DNA of 63,042 nucleotides, the filler included, from Welwitschia mirabilis (taxonomy: Eukaryota), in the NCBI GenBank assembly GCA_051453625.1. It is 6 parts of one record of this genome, joined end to end, with 100 filler letters (N's around TTAATTAATTAA, not from the genome) between each part and the next. Parts side by side here need not be neighbours in the genome. Positions count along the whole stretch, not along the records: positions 1 to 15,292 come from JBOZIK010000001.1; 5 more parts are not named here. One strand, written 5' to 3'. The notes beneath the pieces are model-generated. The model was not told the origin of the DNA and ran no database searches. It was given only the letters and a program-made list of their open reading frames with translations. A program made the translations under genes and the position numbers. Positions 1 to 13,049 of this stretch are shown here, piece after piece. The stretch's first letter is position 1; each line of letters starts with the position of its first letter.

Positions 1-3000
1 ACTGTAGTCATAATCCCCCTACTTAAACACATCATAATAGACCAAATAAATGTCATACTCATAAACAATCATAGAATATAATAGTGCTAGTTCAAAAAAT
101 TGTATGCATTAATTGAGAAAGTAATGCTAAAACTGCTATGTAAGATTAAGTAGTAATAATCTCAAATAATAATGCATGAAGAGGTTCATTAATATTTTCT
201 ATAGGGGCAAAGAATAGGAGTAATCATGACATTCTTTTTCCTTTACATGATCTGAAACATAGCTGCTAGAAAAGTAGTAAGTACTATTGTGCTCCTGTTA
301 AATGAATTCAATGAAATGTATTTAAGTAAAAAGAAATATTATTCAAATAACTCATCATAAATATGTATCATAAAAGTTCAAAGTGATCCTTTAAAATTCA
401 AAAATCTTGGAGAGTTATCCTGCCTTTCACAGGAAAAGTAAGACATCCCGAATTGCACAAAGTGAAAAAGATGACTATCATCCCCTTTGTTATGGGAATG
501 ATAGATGTGGAAGGACAATGTTCAAAATTAGTTGTTTGGAGAGATTAGAAAATTTTCAAAAAGATCTCATAGAAAGCAAGTAGTGGGAAAGAAAGCAGAA
601 AAATAAATAGATGGTAAAGAGTGAAGGAATGTCCAAAAAAGAATAACCATGATGAAAGAACTTATGAGACATAAGAATTATGAAGAAGAATAAAGCAATA
701 CTTTAGAAGTATTCCTCCAATGTATCCTAGAATTCATGAGTGTTTAAAATATACAAGTGGATGTATACAAAATCACAAGACCATATAGAAAAAAACATTA
801 ACATAAAACAAAAAGATCACATCAATCAAAGTGAAAGATATGCATTAATTGAAATTGCTAAAAAAAAAATGCAACCNNNNNNNNNNNNNNNNNNNNNNNN
901 NNNNNNNNNNNNNNNNNNNNNNNNNNNNNNNNNNNNNNNNNNNNNNNNNNNNNNNNNNNNNNNNNNNNNNNNNNNNNNNNNNNNNNNNNNNNNNNNNNNN
1001 NNNNNNNNNNNNNNNNNNNNNNNNNNNNNNNNNNNNNNNNNNNNNNNNNNNNNNNNNNNNNNNNNNNNNNNNNNNNNNNNNNNNNNNNNNNNNNNNNNNN
1101 NNNNNNNNNNNNNNNNNNNNNNNNNNNNNNNNNNNNNNNNNNNNNNNNNNNNNNNNNNNNNNNNNNNNNNNNNNNNNNNNNNNNNNNNNNNNNNNNNNNN
1201 NNNNNNNNNNNNNNNNNNNNNNNNNNNNNNNNNNNNNNNNNNNNNNNNNNNNNNNNNNNNNNNNNNNNNNNNNNNNNNNAAAAAAAAATTACATCAATCA
1301 AAGTGAAAGAAATGCATCAATTAAAAGTGCTAAAAGGAAAGACAACCCTTATAAAGGAAACCTGTGAGTAAAAATAAAAAGACAACTAGAGAGCTACCAA
1401 ATGATCAAGTTCTAATGTTGATGTGGAAAAAGATACTATAATGACTTTAAAAATCCTAAATAAAATAATCAAGAAAAAATATAATAAAAAATGGACAACT
1501 AGAAACATGAAGAAGATTTTCTTATCTACTCAGAATTAATCCTTAGCAAAGTCCCTTAGATGAAATCATAAAATAACCTAATAAGGATGCATGACATAAT
1601 GTAAAAATTTATAAATTTCTAATNNNNNNNNNNNNNNNNNNNNNNNNNNNNNNNNNNNNNNNNNNNNNNNNNNNNNNNNNNNNNNNNNNNNNNNNNNNNN
1701 NNNNNNNNNNNNNNNNNNNNNNNNNNNNNNNNNNNNNNNNNNNNNNNNNNNNNNNNNNNNNNNNNNNNNNNNNNNNNNNNNNNNNNNNNNNNNNNNNNNN
1801 NNNNNNNNNNNNNNNNNNNNNNNNNNNNTACCACTAATCTCATAGCCTCTAACCGCATTTTCATTCTTACCACGATGAGGGGAGTGCAACCACTGTCAGA
1901 AGAGTAAGAACCCATATAGCATGTCCAACTAACCCCCTAGTGGAGTTTCCACAGCTATCATATCGCACTGGCAAAGGTCCCTTTTAGGAATATTTACCCC
2001 AATACACTTGCAGTGGGACATCATGGGGGCCATGGTTTGAGATGTAACATGAAAGATCATGGCCTTTATTATTTTTTCCTGTATTTATTTATTTTTCTTT
2101 NNNNNNNNNNNNNNNNNNNNNNNNNNNNNNNNNNNNNNNNNNNNNNNNNNNNNNNNNNNNNNNNNNNNNNNNNNNNNNNNNNNNNNNNNNNNNNNNNNNN
2201 TTTATTTTTCTTTTAATACATGAATTCCACATGAATAAATACTTAGAAGGATGAAAGTTAAGTGAGGATATAAATAACAAGGAATAATATGCTAAATAAC
2301 TAATTACTCATAGCATTAAAAGAAAATAAAATAACCAGGACATATTCTTTCAAAATGAAGTTCATAGAGATATGAATGTTTAAAGATTGGATGAAGCCAA
2401 TCTTATCATTTAAATGACTAAGTAAAATATTTACTAATCATGGTAACTTCATAAAGTAAAACATTAGTCATGTTAAAGATGTTCAAGTGATAGCATAACA
2501 TTTATTAAAAGAATTAGCTAAAGAAGAATTTAGATAGTGGTAGGTGAAAAAGTTCAACACAATTACTTGTATCATATTCAAGATTAANNNNNNNNNNNNN
2601 NNNNNNNNNNNNNNNNNNNNNNNNNNNNNNNNNNNNNNNNNNNNNNNNNNNNNNNNNNNNNNNNNNNNNNNNNNNNNNNNNNNNNNNCTAAAGAAGAATT
2701 TAGATAGTGGTAGGTGAAAAAGTTCAACACAATTACTTGTATCATATTCAAGATTAATTGATAGATATTTCAATGATTCTTAACCTTTTATCTATTAACT
2801 TCTAAATTTCCCATGTGTTCAAGTTGGAAGTTTTAATAGAGTCATTTAAAATGTACATTTTCTAAAAGATAAGAACCTAATCATTGAAAAGTTCAACTAG
2901 TTGTGAAACAAGTATACTTGGATATTGCATGTTTCTGAAAAATAAGGGCTAAACCAAATAGAAATCAATTAATGAAACATAAAGGGTATGTAATCATTTT

Positions 3001-4624
3001 AAAGTAAAATTAATTGGAGATAAAAAAAGTAAAATAATAAAACTTTGATAGCACAATTTTCAGAATTAAAATAATAGATAAAGAGGTGATAAATTTCATT
3101 NNNNNNNNNNNNNNNNNNNNNNNNNNNNNNNNNNNNNNNNNNNNNNNNNNNNNNNNNNNNNNNNNNNNNNNNNNNNNNNNNNNNNNNNNNNNNNNNNNNN
3201 CCATTAACTTCTAAATTTCCCATGTGTTCAAGTTGGAAGTTTCAATAGAGTCATTTAAAATGTACATTTTCTAAAAGATAAGAACCTAATCATTGAGAAG
3301 TTCAACTAGTTGTGAAACAAGTGTACTTGGATATTGTATTTTTCCAAAAAAAAAAAAGGTTCAAACCAAATAGAAATCAATTAATGAAACATAAAGGGTA
3401 TGTAATCATTTTAAAGTAAAATTAATTAGAGATAAAGAAAGTAAAATGATAAAACTTTGATAGCACAATTTTCAAAATTGAAATAATAGATAAAGAGGTG
3501 ATAAATTTCATTGCCAAATAATCTTTTATAAAAATAGTATAAAACATGAGTATCATTATATAATTCATTCAAGGTACTAATTAAAGAATGGATCCAAAAA
3601 ATATTTAAGGACTTTTGAGAATGTTTAATAAAGATTAAAAAGCTCCTTAATATTTAACTGAAAGCATGGATTATCATTAAGAAGATAAGGCTTTCCCCAA
3701 TGTAAAATTCCAAGATATTCCAAGTCAAACTTTTGGAAAGAATAATCATTAAAGTCAAAGGTAAAGTGGACTTGGGAGAAAAATAATGAATGTTACTTTA
3801 AGGATCACATGAATTTTTAAAAGGAAGAGATTAAGAGATAGTAGAAATAGACTCTTCTAAGTATTGGATGTTATGAGAATCAAGGAAAGGAACATGGCCT
3901 TGAAAATTATATGAAGGTTTAATTAGAAGAGATGGAGAAAGATTATCATTATCAAGGGAGGAGAACTAGAGGGAAGGATGAGATTTAAAATTATACATAA
4001 AGGCATATATGGGGAGAATGTAGAAATATGGGTAGAATGAACAAGTCTATTCTCTANNNNNNNNNNNNNNATATCTATGGGTCCTTTATTAATTTTAATT
4101 TCTTCATTAGTATCCATGTCATTAGTTGGTTGGATTATATTATTTGTGACTATATCTTCCTTTTTTTGTTAAAGATTACTTTCATTCTCTAAATGATTAG
4201 ATTCATCAAAAGGATTATTAAGAGATATAAGAGCATCATCTTCATCATTGATTAAAGGTTTTCATTTTTTCATAATTGTATTCCTCATCTTGATTATCTA
4301 ATAGTAAAATAAATGGTAGGGATATAATATAATATCTTAATATCATCATATAATGAATGGTCATCTTCATCCCAATTGTTGAAATATTAAGTTATGGTAT
4401 TATTGTCATCCTTTTTCTTATCTCTTAAAGAGTAGGATGTTGAAGTCTGATTCACAATTCCATCTTTGAATTAAAAGTAAGAATCATCATTATCTATTTT
4501 TTTTAATTTTCCTTAAGGCAAGATGAATTAGGATAGTTGTGAGGATGTTGTATTGTAAAAGATCCTTGAATATGTAATAGAAATTGTTGAAAATTTTTAA
4601 CTTCTTTTTCCAAGTTCTTATTAT

Positions 4625-5004
4625 TGTTTTTTTTAGTTCTTCATCATTTCACCAATATATTCTCTTAATGGATCTTTTTCTTCCTTGTAGGAAATGATGG
4701 AAGACGATTCTTCTTGATAGTAATACATGGGAAATGATTGGGATTGATAAAGATGATTATAAGAAGTTTGTCTAAATAAGGTGGAATCCATAAAATATGG
4801 AGAATCTCTATCATCATGTCTATATGAGGCTTGAAAAAAAGAGGGAAAAGAATAAGTAGGTTAAAAAGAAGAAGGGGTCTAATTCATATTTTCAAAATTA
4901 TTTTGTAATGGTCTCCCTCTTTCAGCAAATATTCCTCGAAGTGTTTTCTTACCAATGTCTTCATCATTTTGCAAGTTTTTTCTTATTTCAGAAAAAAGTT
5001 TCAT
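4625..5004 (-). pseudogene. gag: Internally deleted gag remnant
   Basis: Manual translation: MKLFSEIRKNLQNDEDIGKKTLRGIFAE...*...YYYQEESSSIISYKEEKDPLREYIGEMMKN*. TLR resembles LTLRELLA (31907-31967) and DPLRE resembles NDPLRNSVKEL (ORF 45062). Confidence 0.5.
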
Positions 5005-5994
5005 AACTATCCTTCTATTAATATTAATTAAAGCAAGTGAGAATAATGGAACAAGATAATTTTAATTCAGGATAGTAATAAAAATAAATACAATGAAGAT
5101 CAATTTTTCCTCTCTTAGATGTTTCATTATTTAAAATTGCTTTTTTTAACACTTAAAAAATGCATAATCGTTATTGCAAGTTGACTACAAAGAGAAAAGA
5201 AAATCTAATTCTAAAATAGAAAAAAAATCCTAGAATTTGCATACCTGGATTTTTGTTTTGAATTCAAATAATTATTTTCTAATGTTTCTGTTAATCTAGT
5301 TTTTTGCTAGCTAATATTTATCATTTTACCAGAATTCTTTGTATACTTACATGCACAAACAATTAAAAAAAACTAAAATTAAATGTAGGAACTATCATCC
5401 ACCTGGTTATGTGGACAACAGAGGGGGACAATGATCACAAGAAAAATAAACTTTAAAAAGCTTAAAACTCTAAAAATTCTAGAAAGGAAAGTTACTAAAA
5501 CCTAGACTATTGTCTAAACTGTCATGTGAATGACAAATAGGATGATAGTACCTTTATTACTAAACTATGAATAGAAAAAAAATTGTGAAATTAGAAAATA
5601 AATTTGAAATTCTAGAACTATCATGCCCNNNNNNNNNNNNNNNNNNNNNNNNNNNNNNNNNNNNNNNNNNNNNNNNNNNNNNNNNNNNNNNNNNNNNNNN
5701 NNNNNNNNNNNNNNNNNNNNNNNNNNNNTGATAGTACCTTTATTACTAAACTATGAGTAGAAGAAAAATTGTGAAAATAGAAAATAAATTTGAAATTCTA
5801 GAACTATCATGCCCTATGTCATTGGAATAATAGAGAGAATGACATGGTTTCTAAAAAGTTACAAAAAATAAAATTTTATAGAAATAAACCTACTTTAAAC
5901 TAAAAATACAATACTAATTCAAAATAAATAACCTGAACAGAATATTTAAGGAACTTATTTGGTTAGTGACAATTCTCTTAGCTCCTTACGGTCT

Positions 5995-6015
5995 TTCCTA
6001 AAAATAGTGCTAAAA
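5995..6015 (-). promoter_or_regulatory. Decayed tRNA-Asp primer-binding site (Athila type)
   Basis: Plus-strand ttcctaaaaatagtgctaaaa matches TCCCCGGCAACGGCGCCAAAA mostly through C>T/G>A changes and sits directly against the LTR end. Confidence 0.55.
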
Positions 6016-7675
6016 TGGTGTGAATTTATAAAATCTTGAAGCTCTTTAGGTAAATCTGTAAATTAAATAACTTGCAAAAAAACACATGCAAGTGTAGATG
6101 TAAGTTCACCCGAATGTCGTAATCCCAGTGAAGGAACTAGGCTTAGAGTTAGAGAATTGATTTTCAAAGGTATTTTTAGTCTTTTATCTTTTATTGACTA
6201 AAAGTAAATAATAAAATAAATTTAATTCAAGATGAATGAAGATGAAATGCAATTGAATGGAAATGAAAATGAAATGGATTTTATTGGTTCCTAATTCTTT
6301 TTTTACAAAGACTAGCTTCTAATCTTTTTTTCAAAAAGACTACTTTCTCTATATCTTATATCAATTAAGAAGAGAATTTAACTAATTCTTAACCAACATA
6401 AATTATGAGATCTACCAAGTAGAATATGAATATGTCATATGGAATTGAAATGTAAACCTAAATTAACCAAGATCAACCTTAACAAAGATTACCCTTATGA
6501 TCTAAATAAATCATAGAACTGTCACTTAACTATGATCAACTTAAACTATAAGGGACATTCACATAATTGAAATGAAAAGAGTATTTTTATTGATTCAAAG
6601 AACTTTGCATCCACTTATAATAGAATAACAACACCTCAATGGAAGAGACTCAGCATAACACTAATAAAACTCCTTTCTGTAGCTGCTAGATAGGCCTCTT
6701 AACTTTTAAGCTTCCATCACAAGCATATCAAGTATAAAATATGGTTTAGAAGTAAAGGGGAGTAGGGTATTTATNNNNNNNNNNNNNNNNNNNNNNNNNN
6801 NNNNNNNNNNNNNNNNNNNNNNNNNNNNNNNNNNNNNNNNNNNNNNNNNNNNNNNNNNNNNNNNNNNNNNNNNNTCCACTTATAATAGAATAACAACACC
6901 TCAATGGAAGAGACTTAGCATAACACCAAGAAAACTCCTTTCTGTAGCTGCTAGATAGGCCTCTTAACCTTTAAGCTTTCATCACAAGCATATCAAGTAT
7001 AAAATATGGTTTAGAAGTAAAGGGGAGTAGGGTATTTATAGTTTTACAATGAAAGTTCTAGAACCGTAATCCTACACATTTGTTAAGAAAACCTTAGCAA
7101 CCCATATGAGTCATTTAACCCCATTTATAACAATATTTATTTCAGAACATGTAAAAATAGTTTTCATCCCTACTGTTATGGGAACTATCATGGGGATGAC
7201 GCCATGTGTCACCTATCTCCATGAGCCCCATGTGCTATTGTTAGTCTCGTGGATTCTCTGCTTATGTTATTAGTGTTGTTATCTTACCTATCATTTGGAT
7301 GACATAGGAGATGATACCTCTATATACTCCATGTACTTCATGTACTACATGCGCTGCCATGTATTGCCATGTGCTACCATATCATGATGGGTAGCGGTAC
7401 TATCATTTCATCAGTCATGTAGATGACAGAGGGGATGAAAAATCTCCTAAGCTTCTTAAGTAGAGTAAATCATCTGTCTTTACCATTAGTCTTTCTTCAA
7501 TACGATTAATGTCTAAACATGTCTAAAATATCTCCAAATATGCTAATAATTATGTGTTTTCATGATCATCTTGTTGTCTCTCTATGATTAGCAAAATTGT
7601 ATCTAAACCTACATAAATGTCCTATAAAAGTACTCCAAATACACCATAACATTCCTACAAATTGACATCACAACA
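6016..7675 (-). repeat. 5' LTR of element A
   Basis: Plus-strand termini are TGGTG...CATCACAACA; the same CATCACAACA end occurs at 42583 and 54020. A TATA-like tatttatag lies near 7033. It contains a 100-N gap with duplicated flanks. Confidence 0.75.
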
Positions 7676-8802
7676 ATGCATAAAAAAGAAAAATTCTTAT
7701 GATATCCAGTCTTGCCATAGGAGAAAATGTATCTCCTACATTAATCTAATTGTATTCTTGAGCCACTAATATAGCTTTGTCCTTAGTCACATTATTGTAT
7801 TTATCACACTTATTATTAGAGATCCATTTTATTTCAATTACCTTTTAATTATTTGATCTTTTTACTAATTTTTAAACATCGTTTCTTTGAATTATTGTAA
7901 TTCTTCTTGCATTGTCATCATCCACTCTTCATGAGCTTTAGCTTATTCATACTTCTTAGATTCAATTTAAAAGACATAACAAATATGAATATAAAAATTT
8001 TTAATAGAGTTTATTATGTGTATTTTTAAGCTCACATCACCAATAAGTGATCCAAAAGAATGATATTTTAGTTCTTTGAACTTTTTAGAGGTAACTTCTT
8101 AAGTTTTTTCTTATTATTTTTCATTTATTACTTTATTAATAGTAGAGATACTTGGAGTAAGATTATCTTCACCATTTGAAAGTAGAAGTCTAGTTCTAAA
8201 GTCATTTATTTGTACATCTATGAATACTTTCACTATTAGACTTTATTTGTTGAATATCTATTAAGCTTTCTTTCTAGTTGAATATGCCAGAAAAATTGCT
8301 TCATTAGTCTTACACTCAAATTTTCTCAAATGTCCTCCATTTTTTAAGATAAAGAATTTACTTCTAAATACTTTAAAGTATGATAGATTTGGATTTCTTT
8401 CTTTCCAAAGATCACAGGGGGTTTATCCATATCCAATATTAGATAAACTCTATGGATAATAGAGCATGTAATACTTACTACTTTAACCCAACATGTTTTA
8501 AGTACTTCCTTATCATTTACCATTATTCTTGCCATCTCTTAAAGGACCTAATTTTTCCTTTTTAAATTTTCATTTTGTTGTGGATTCTTTGGAGTTAGAA
8601 ACTAATGTTCTATACCATTGTTCATGGAATATTTCTCAAAAAATTGATTTTCAAATTCCCCTTCATTTTCACTTCTAATTTACTTAATAGTGTATCCCTT
8701 CTTATTTTGATTTTGTTAAAAATTTTAACACAATTTTTGAAGGTTTCAGCCTTGTTTTCCTAAGAAGGCAATCCAAATGAATTTAGAGAAGTAATCCATC
8801 AT
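7676..8802 (-). pseudogene. pol: Ty1/copia (SIRE/Sirevirus-like) pol fragment: integrase core, SH3-like region and RT N-terminus
   Basis: Degenerate motifs YFSKFIWIAF, KFECKTNEAIFLAYSTRKKAY, HSFGSLIGDV, MQEELQ*F..NDV*KLV, KWISNNKCD..KDKAILVAQEYN and DTFSPMARLDIIR appear in INT-before-RT (copia) order. Confidence 0.85.
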
Positions 8803-10149
8803 TATTGTAATGCATATTTGTGCTTCTAATTCTAATATTCTAAAGATCAAATTTAACTTATAACATTTGAAAAGCTAAATAGCTAATTATATATAATACA
8901 CATTTGTATAGTGGGATCAACCCAAATGTCATACACTTAGAGAATACTTTTAAAAGAGAATATGAAAATTACTTTCATAAAGATAAGAATAGATATTTTA
9001 AACTTTTGCTTTTAAGGAAATAAAATTAAACAATGTAAAGATGAAGATGAAATATAATGCAATGTAATGAATGCAATTCTAATGCAATAAATTAATTAAA
9101 CTTTTAATCTATTATTACTCAGATTGGTCCTTATAATCTATTTTAACTACAAATTCATATCACTTAAATTCCAATTAAGATAAGATATAAGAAAAAACAA
9201 TAAAACATTTGAAATTATTTCAATTCAATCAATACTTTTANNNNNNNNNNNNNNNNNNNNNNNNNNNNNNNNNNNNNNNNNNNNNNNNNNNNNNNNNNNN
9301 NNNNNNNNNNNNNNNNNNNNNNNNNNNNNNNNNNNNNNNNCAATTCTAATGCAATGAATTAATTAAACTTTTAATCTATTATTACTCAGATTGGTCCTTA
9401 TAACATATTTTAACTACAAATTCATATCACTTAAATTCTAATTAAGATAAGATATAAGGAAAAATAATAAAACATTTCAAATGATTTCAATTTAATTAAT
9501 ACTTTTATTAATGAAATTGAAGTACATCCACTTACGATGATAACTCCTCAATAAAAGATTTACTACCTAACACCAAGGTGGTCCTATTCATGAGCAGAAT
9601 GGATTGCCTTATTTCTAACAATCTCCAATTGTCACAAGAATGTAGTTGCAAAAGATGATGTTTAATAGGATCTGAAAGGGCCTATTTATAGCTTGGGATA
9701 GGTTGCTAAATGGTGTAAAATGAAGAGTTTCAAGTTAGATCCTCCATTTTATAAAAATTTAATTAACTTTAAAATTTATTTTAAGTGTTGTTCCTCATGT
9801 TGTTCTTATGACATAGAGGACGATACTCCATTTGCTAACTAATGCTTAGCATGTGTCAAAAATGCTAACTGTCATTCCAATCGTCGTTCCTATAACATAG
9901 AGGATGATCATATTTATCTGACTATCATCTCCTATCATCCCCACAATAATGAGGATGACTAATATATCTTTATTACTGTGCTTTCATTTATCATTATCTA
10001 GAAATGGATTCTTATTTTAAATATTATTACATATTTTAACTTGTATAAAAGTTTTGTAGAATTTTCATAAATCCCTTAAAAAACCTATCAATATAACTTG
10101 AAAATGTACTTTAAAAGTTTATTAAATAGATCAATGTGATATTATAACA
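8803..10149 (-). repeat. 3' LTR of element B
   Basis: The left end tattgtaatgcatatttgtg matches the reverse complement of the LTR end at 53032 (TGTTGCAGTGCATATTTATG). The right end ...ataaca abuts the PPT. Confidence 0.7.
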
Positions 10150-13049
10150 TAGCCACTCACTTAGCATTTATTAGTTCCTAATAAAGTAAGTGAATAACAA
10201 GTTGCGAGTCAATTAATGAAAGAAACTCAAAACAACATGTTAAATACATCAATGAAAAACCATAATTAAAATTAATGTATATTATAAATTATTAAGGTTA
10301 ACATCATAGAAAAGTTGCATAAGTTATGAAGGAAAGGTAAAGTAAGGTAAGAATTTCATGATCGCAAGGTTAAGTGAGAGAAGAGGTTGTAAAAAGGAAG
10401 ATTGTCAAAAGAAAGAAGAGCATCAATATTATCATGTAAAAGAATGGTTAAGGCAAAAGTAAATTTGATTTTATGTATAAAGTAATAAAAATTATTTAGA
10501 AAAAGGTGAGAAAAATGACTTTAGGAAGACAAGTCCTTAAANNNNNNNNNNNNNNNNNNNNNNNNNNNNNNNNNNNNNNNNNNNNNNNNNNNNNNNNNNN
10601 NNNNNNNNNNNNNNNNNNNNNNNNNNNNNNNNNNNNNNNNNAAGTATAAGTGAAATTAATGTATATTATAAATTATTAAGGTTAACATCATAGAAAAGTT
10701 GCATAAATTATGAACTAAAGGTAAAGTAAGGTAATAATTTCATAATCACAAGGTTAAGTAAGAGAAGAGGTTGTAAAAAGGAAGATTGTCAAAAGAAAGG
10801 AGAGCATCAATATTATCATGTAAAAGAATGGTCAAGGAAAAATTAAATTTAATTTTATGTATAAAGTCATAAAAATTATTTGGGAAAAGGTAAGAAAAAT
10901 AACTTTAAGAAGACAAACCCTTAAACTAAGATAAGATAAAAAGAAAAATAAACAAGACAAAATATTAAGAAGATTAACTTTTTACCTAAAATTTAAACTT
11001 TAAAAAATCTTTTGGTAAGGTTGTAAATATACTTTATATAGAAATGCATGATTCANNNNNNNNNNNNNNNNNNNNNNNNNNNNNNNNNNNNNNNNNNNNN
11101 NNNNNNNNNNNNNNNNNNNNNNNNNNNNNNNNNNNNNNNNNNNNNNNNNNNNNNNAATATTAGGAAGATTAACTTTTTACCTAAAATTTAAACTTAGCAA
11201 AATATTTTGGTAATGTTGTAAATATACTTGATATAGAAATGCATGATTTAATGTAGAACATAATAGAATACCATTTGAAAGGGTAATGATGATGATAATA
11301 TCTACTGATTATATTTAATAAGGTATTAAGTCATAATTAAACTATGATTTAATTCCTCTTAAGTTATAGCAACCATAGGACTTTGATAAGATATCATCTA
11401 ATAATTAATATACTCATATGATCATAGATTATATGCCTTAAAGTAATGGGGCTATTAGTTAATGAGGTATTGAACAACACTATTCATCATGATGAGTGGA
11501 GTGCANNNNNNNNNNNNNNNNNNNNNNNNNNNNNNNNNNNNNNNNNNNNNNNNNNNNNNNNNNNNNNNNNNNNNNNNNNNNNNNNNNNNNNNNNNNNNNN
11601 NNNNNTTAGTTATTGAAAAACACCATTAATCATGATGAGTGGAGTGCAACCACTACCAAGAAAATAAGTACCTATAAGCCAAAGCTAGATCATGACCAAC
11701 TAATCCTCTAGTGAAGTTCCAACAACTACCATATCACACTATCAAAAGCCCCTCTCAGGAAAATTTACCCTGCTATACTTGCAGTAGTACATTATAGTAT
11801 AATTGCAAGAGGGTGATTCATTTTTCTTTTTCTTTTTTTTTTAAAAATATTTCCCTCTCGCTTTTCATTTTTTTATTTTTTTATTAACTTAGAATTCCCA
11901 TTTTTGATAGCATTGATTAATCATTATAATAATAAATTAATAAAGTATATGATTGAGAGTAAACATCAAATTAACATAATTAATATGTTGCCATAAAATA
12001 ACCAAGGAGATTGATTATATATATTGAAATATCTTAAGATTGGCTGAATTCAATCTTTATCACATGAAAATCAAAAGCAAATAATTACTTAACCATGATA
12101 AAACCTATGAAAATCATACATGAATCAAGTTAAAGATAATCAAGTAGTCTCATAAATTAAACCAAGGAATAAAGCTAAAAAAGAATCTAGTAGATGGTCA
12201 AGGGAATATCTTTCTTTTTACAAAGAGGATATTTTAAGTTAATTTCTTCTATCATATTTNNNNNNNNNNNNNNNNNNNNNNNNNNNNNNNNNNNNNNNNN
12301 NNNNNNNNNNNNNNNNNNNNNNNNNNNNNNNNNNNNNNNNNNNNNNNNNNNNNNNNNNNNNNNNNNNNNNNNNNNNNNNNNNNNNNNNNNNNNNNNNNNN
12401 NNNNNNNNNNNNNNNNNNNNNNNNNNNNNNNNNNNNNNNNNNNNNNNNNNNNNNNNNNNNNNNNNNNNNNNNNNNNNNNNNNNNNNNNNNNNNNNNNNNN
12501 NNNNNNNNNNNNNNNNNNNNNNNNNNNNNNNNNNNNNNNNNNNNNNNNNNNNNNNNNNNNNNNNNNACTTATTATGAGTATTATTTAAGAACATGTATTT
12601 CAAGCCATTAGGTAAGTTTTAGAGGTCATTTTTTATCCTTTATAATTGTTAAACACCCATCTTGATGTAAAATATTTTTAATGGGTCTTACATGTTGGAT
12701 ATCATGCTTAAGTATAGGTTCACAGTCCTCATAAAAATAATTATTGAAAGAGTGATTTAAAATATTTGGATTAGGGTTGTAAGGATTGAAAGAGTTTAAA
12801 TATTTAAAACTAATTTAAGATTCTTCCTCATTCTCAAACAANNNNNNNNNNNNNNNNNNNNNNNNNNNNNNNNNNNNNNNNNNNNNNNNNNNNNNNNNNN
12901 NNNNNNNNNNNNNNNNNNNNNNNNNNNNNNNNNNNNNNNNNTGAAAGAGTTTAAATATTTAAAACTAATTTAAGATTCTTTCTCATTCTCAAACAAGGCT
13001 GATTTATGTAATGAAACGAGCCTTCTTTATAATGGATGATGTTCAACTA

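Larger units (their letters stand above)
1..7675 (-). mobile_element. Element A: non-autonomous Athila-like Ty3/gypsy LTR retrotransposon (5' LTR, PBS, internally deleted gag, no pol; 3' end runs off the window)
   Basis: LTR at 6016-7675 is homologous to the LTRs at 41828-42583 and 53120-54020. A decayed Asp-PBS lies at 5995-6015. Bases 15-700 align with the 3' internal regions at 54177-54900 and 42775-43398. No RT, RNase H or integrase motifs are visible and the internal gaps are small. Confidence 0.75.

Noticed and set aside
740-1367. Long ORFs in the track (also 16525-17442, 27488-28091, 31945-32436, 39614-40642 and others)
   Set aside because: They consist mostly of X residues from N gaps, so their length is an artefact.
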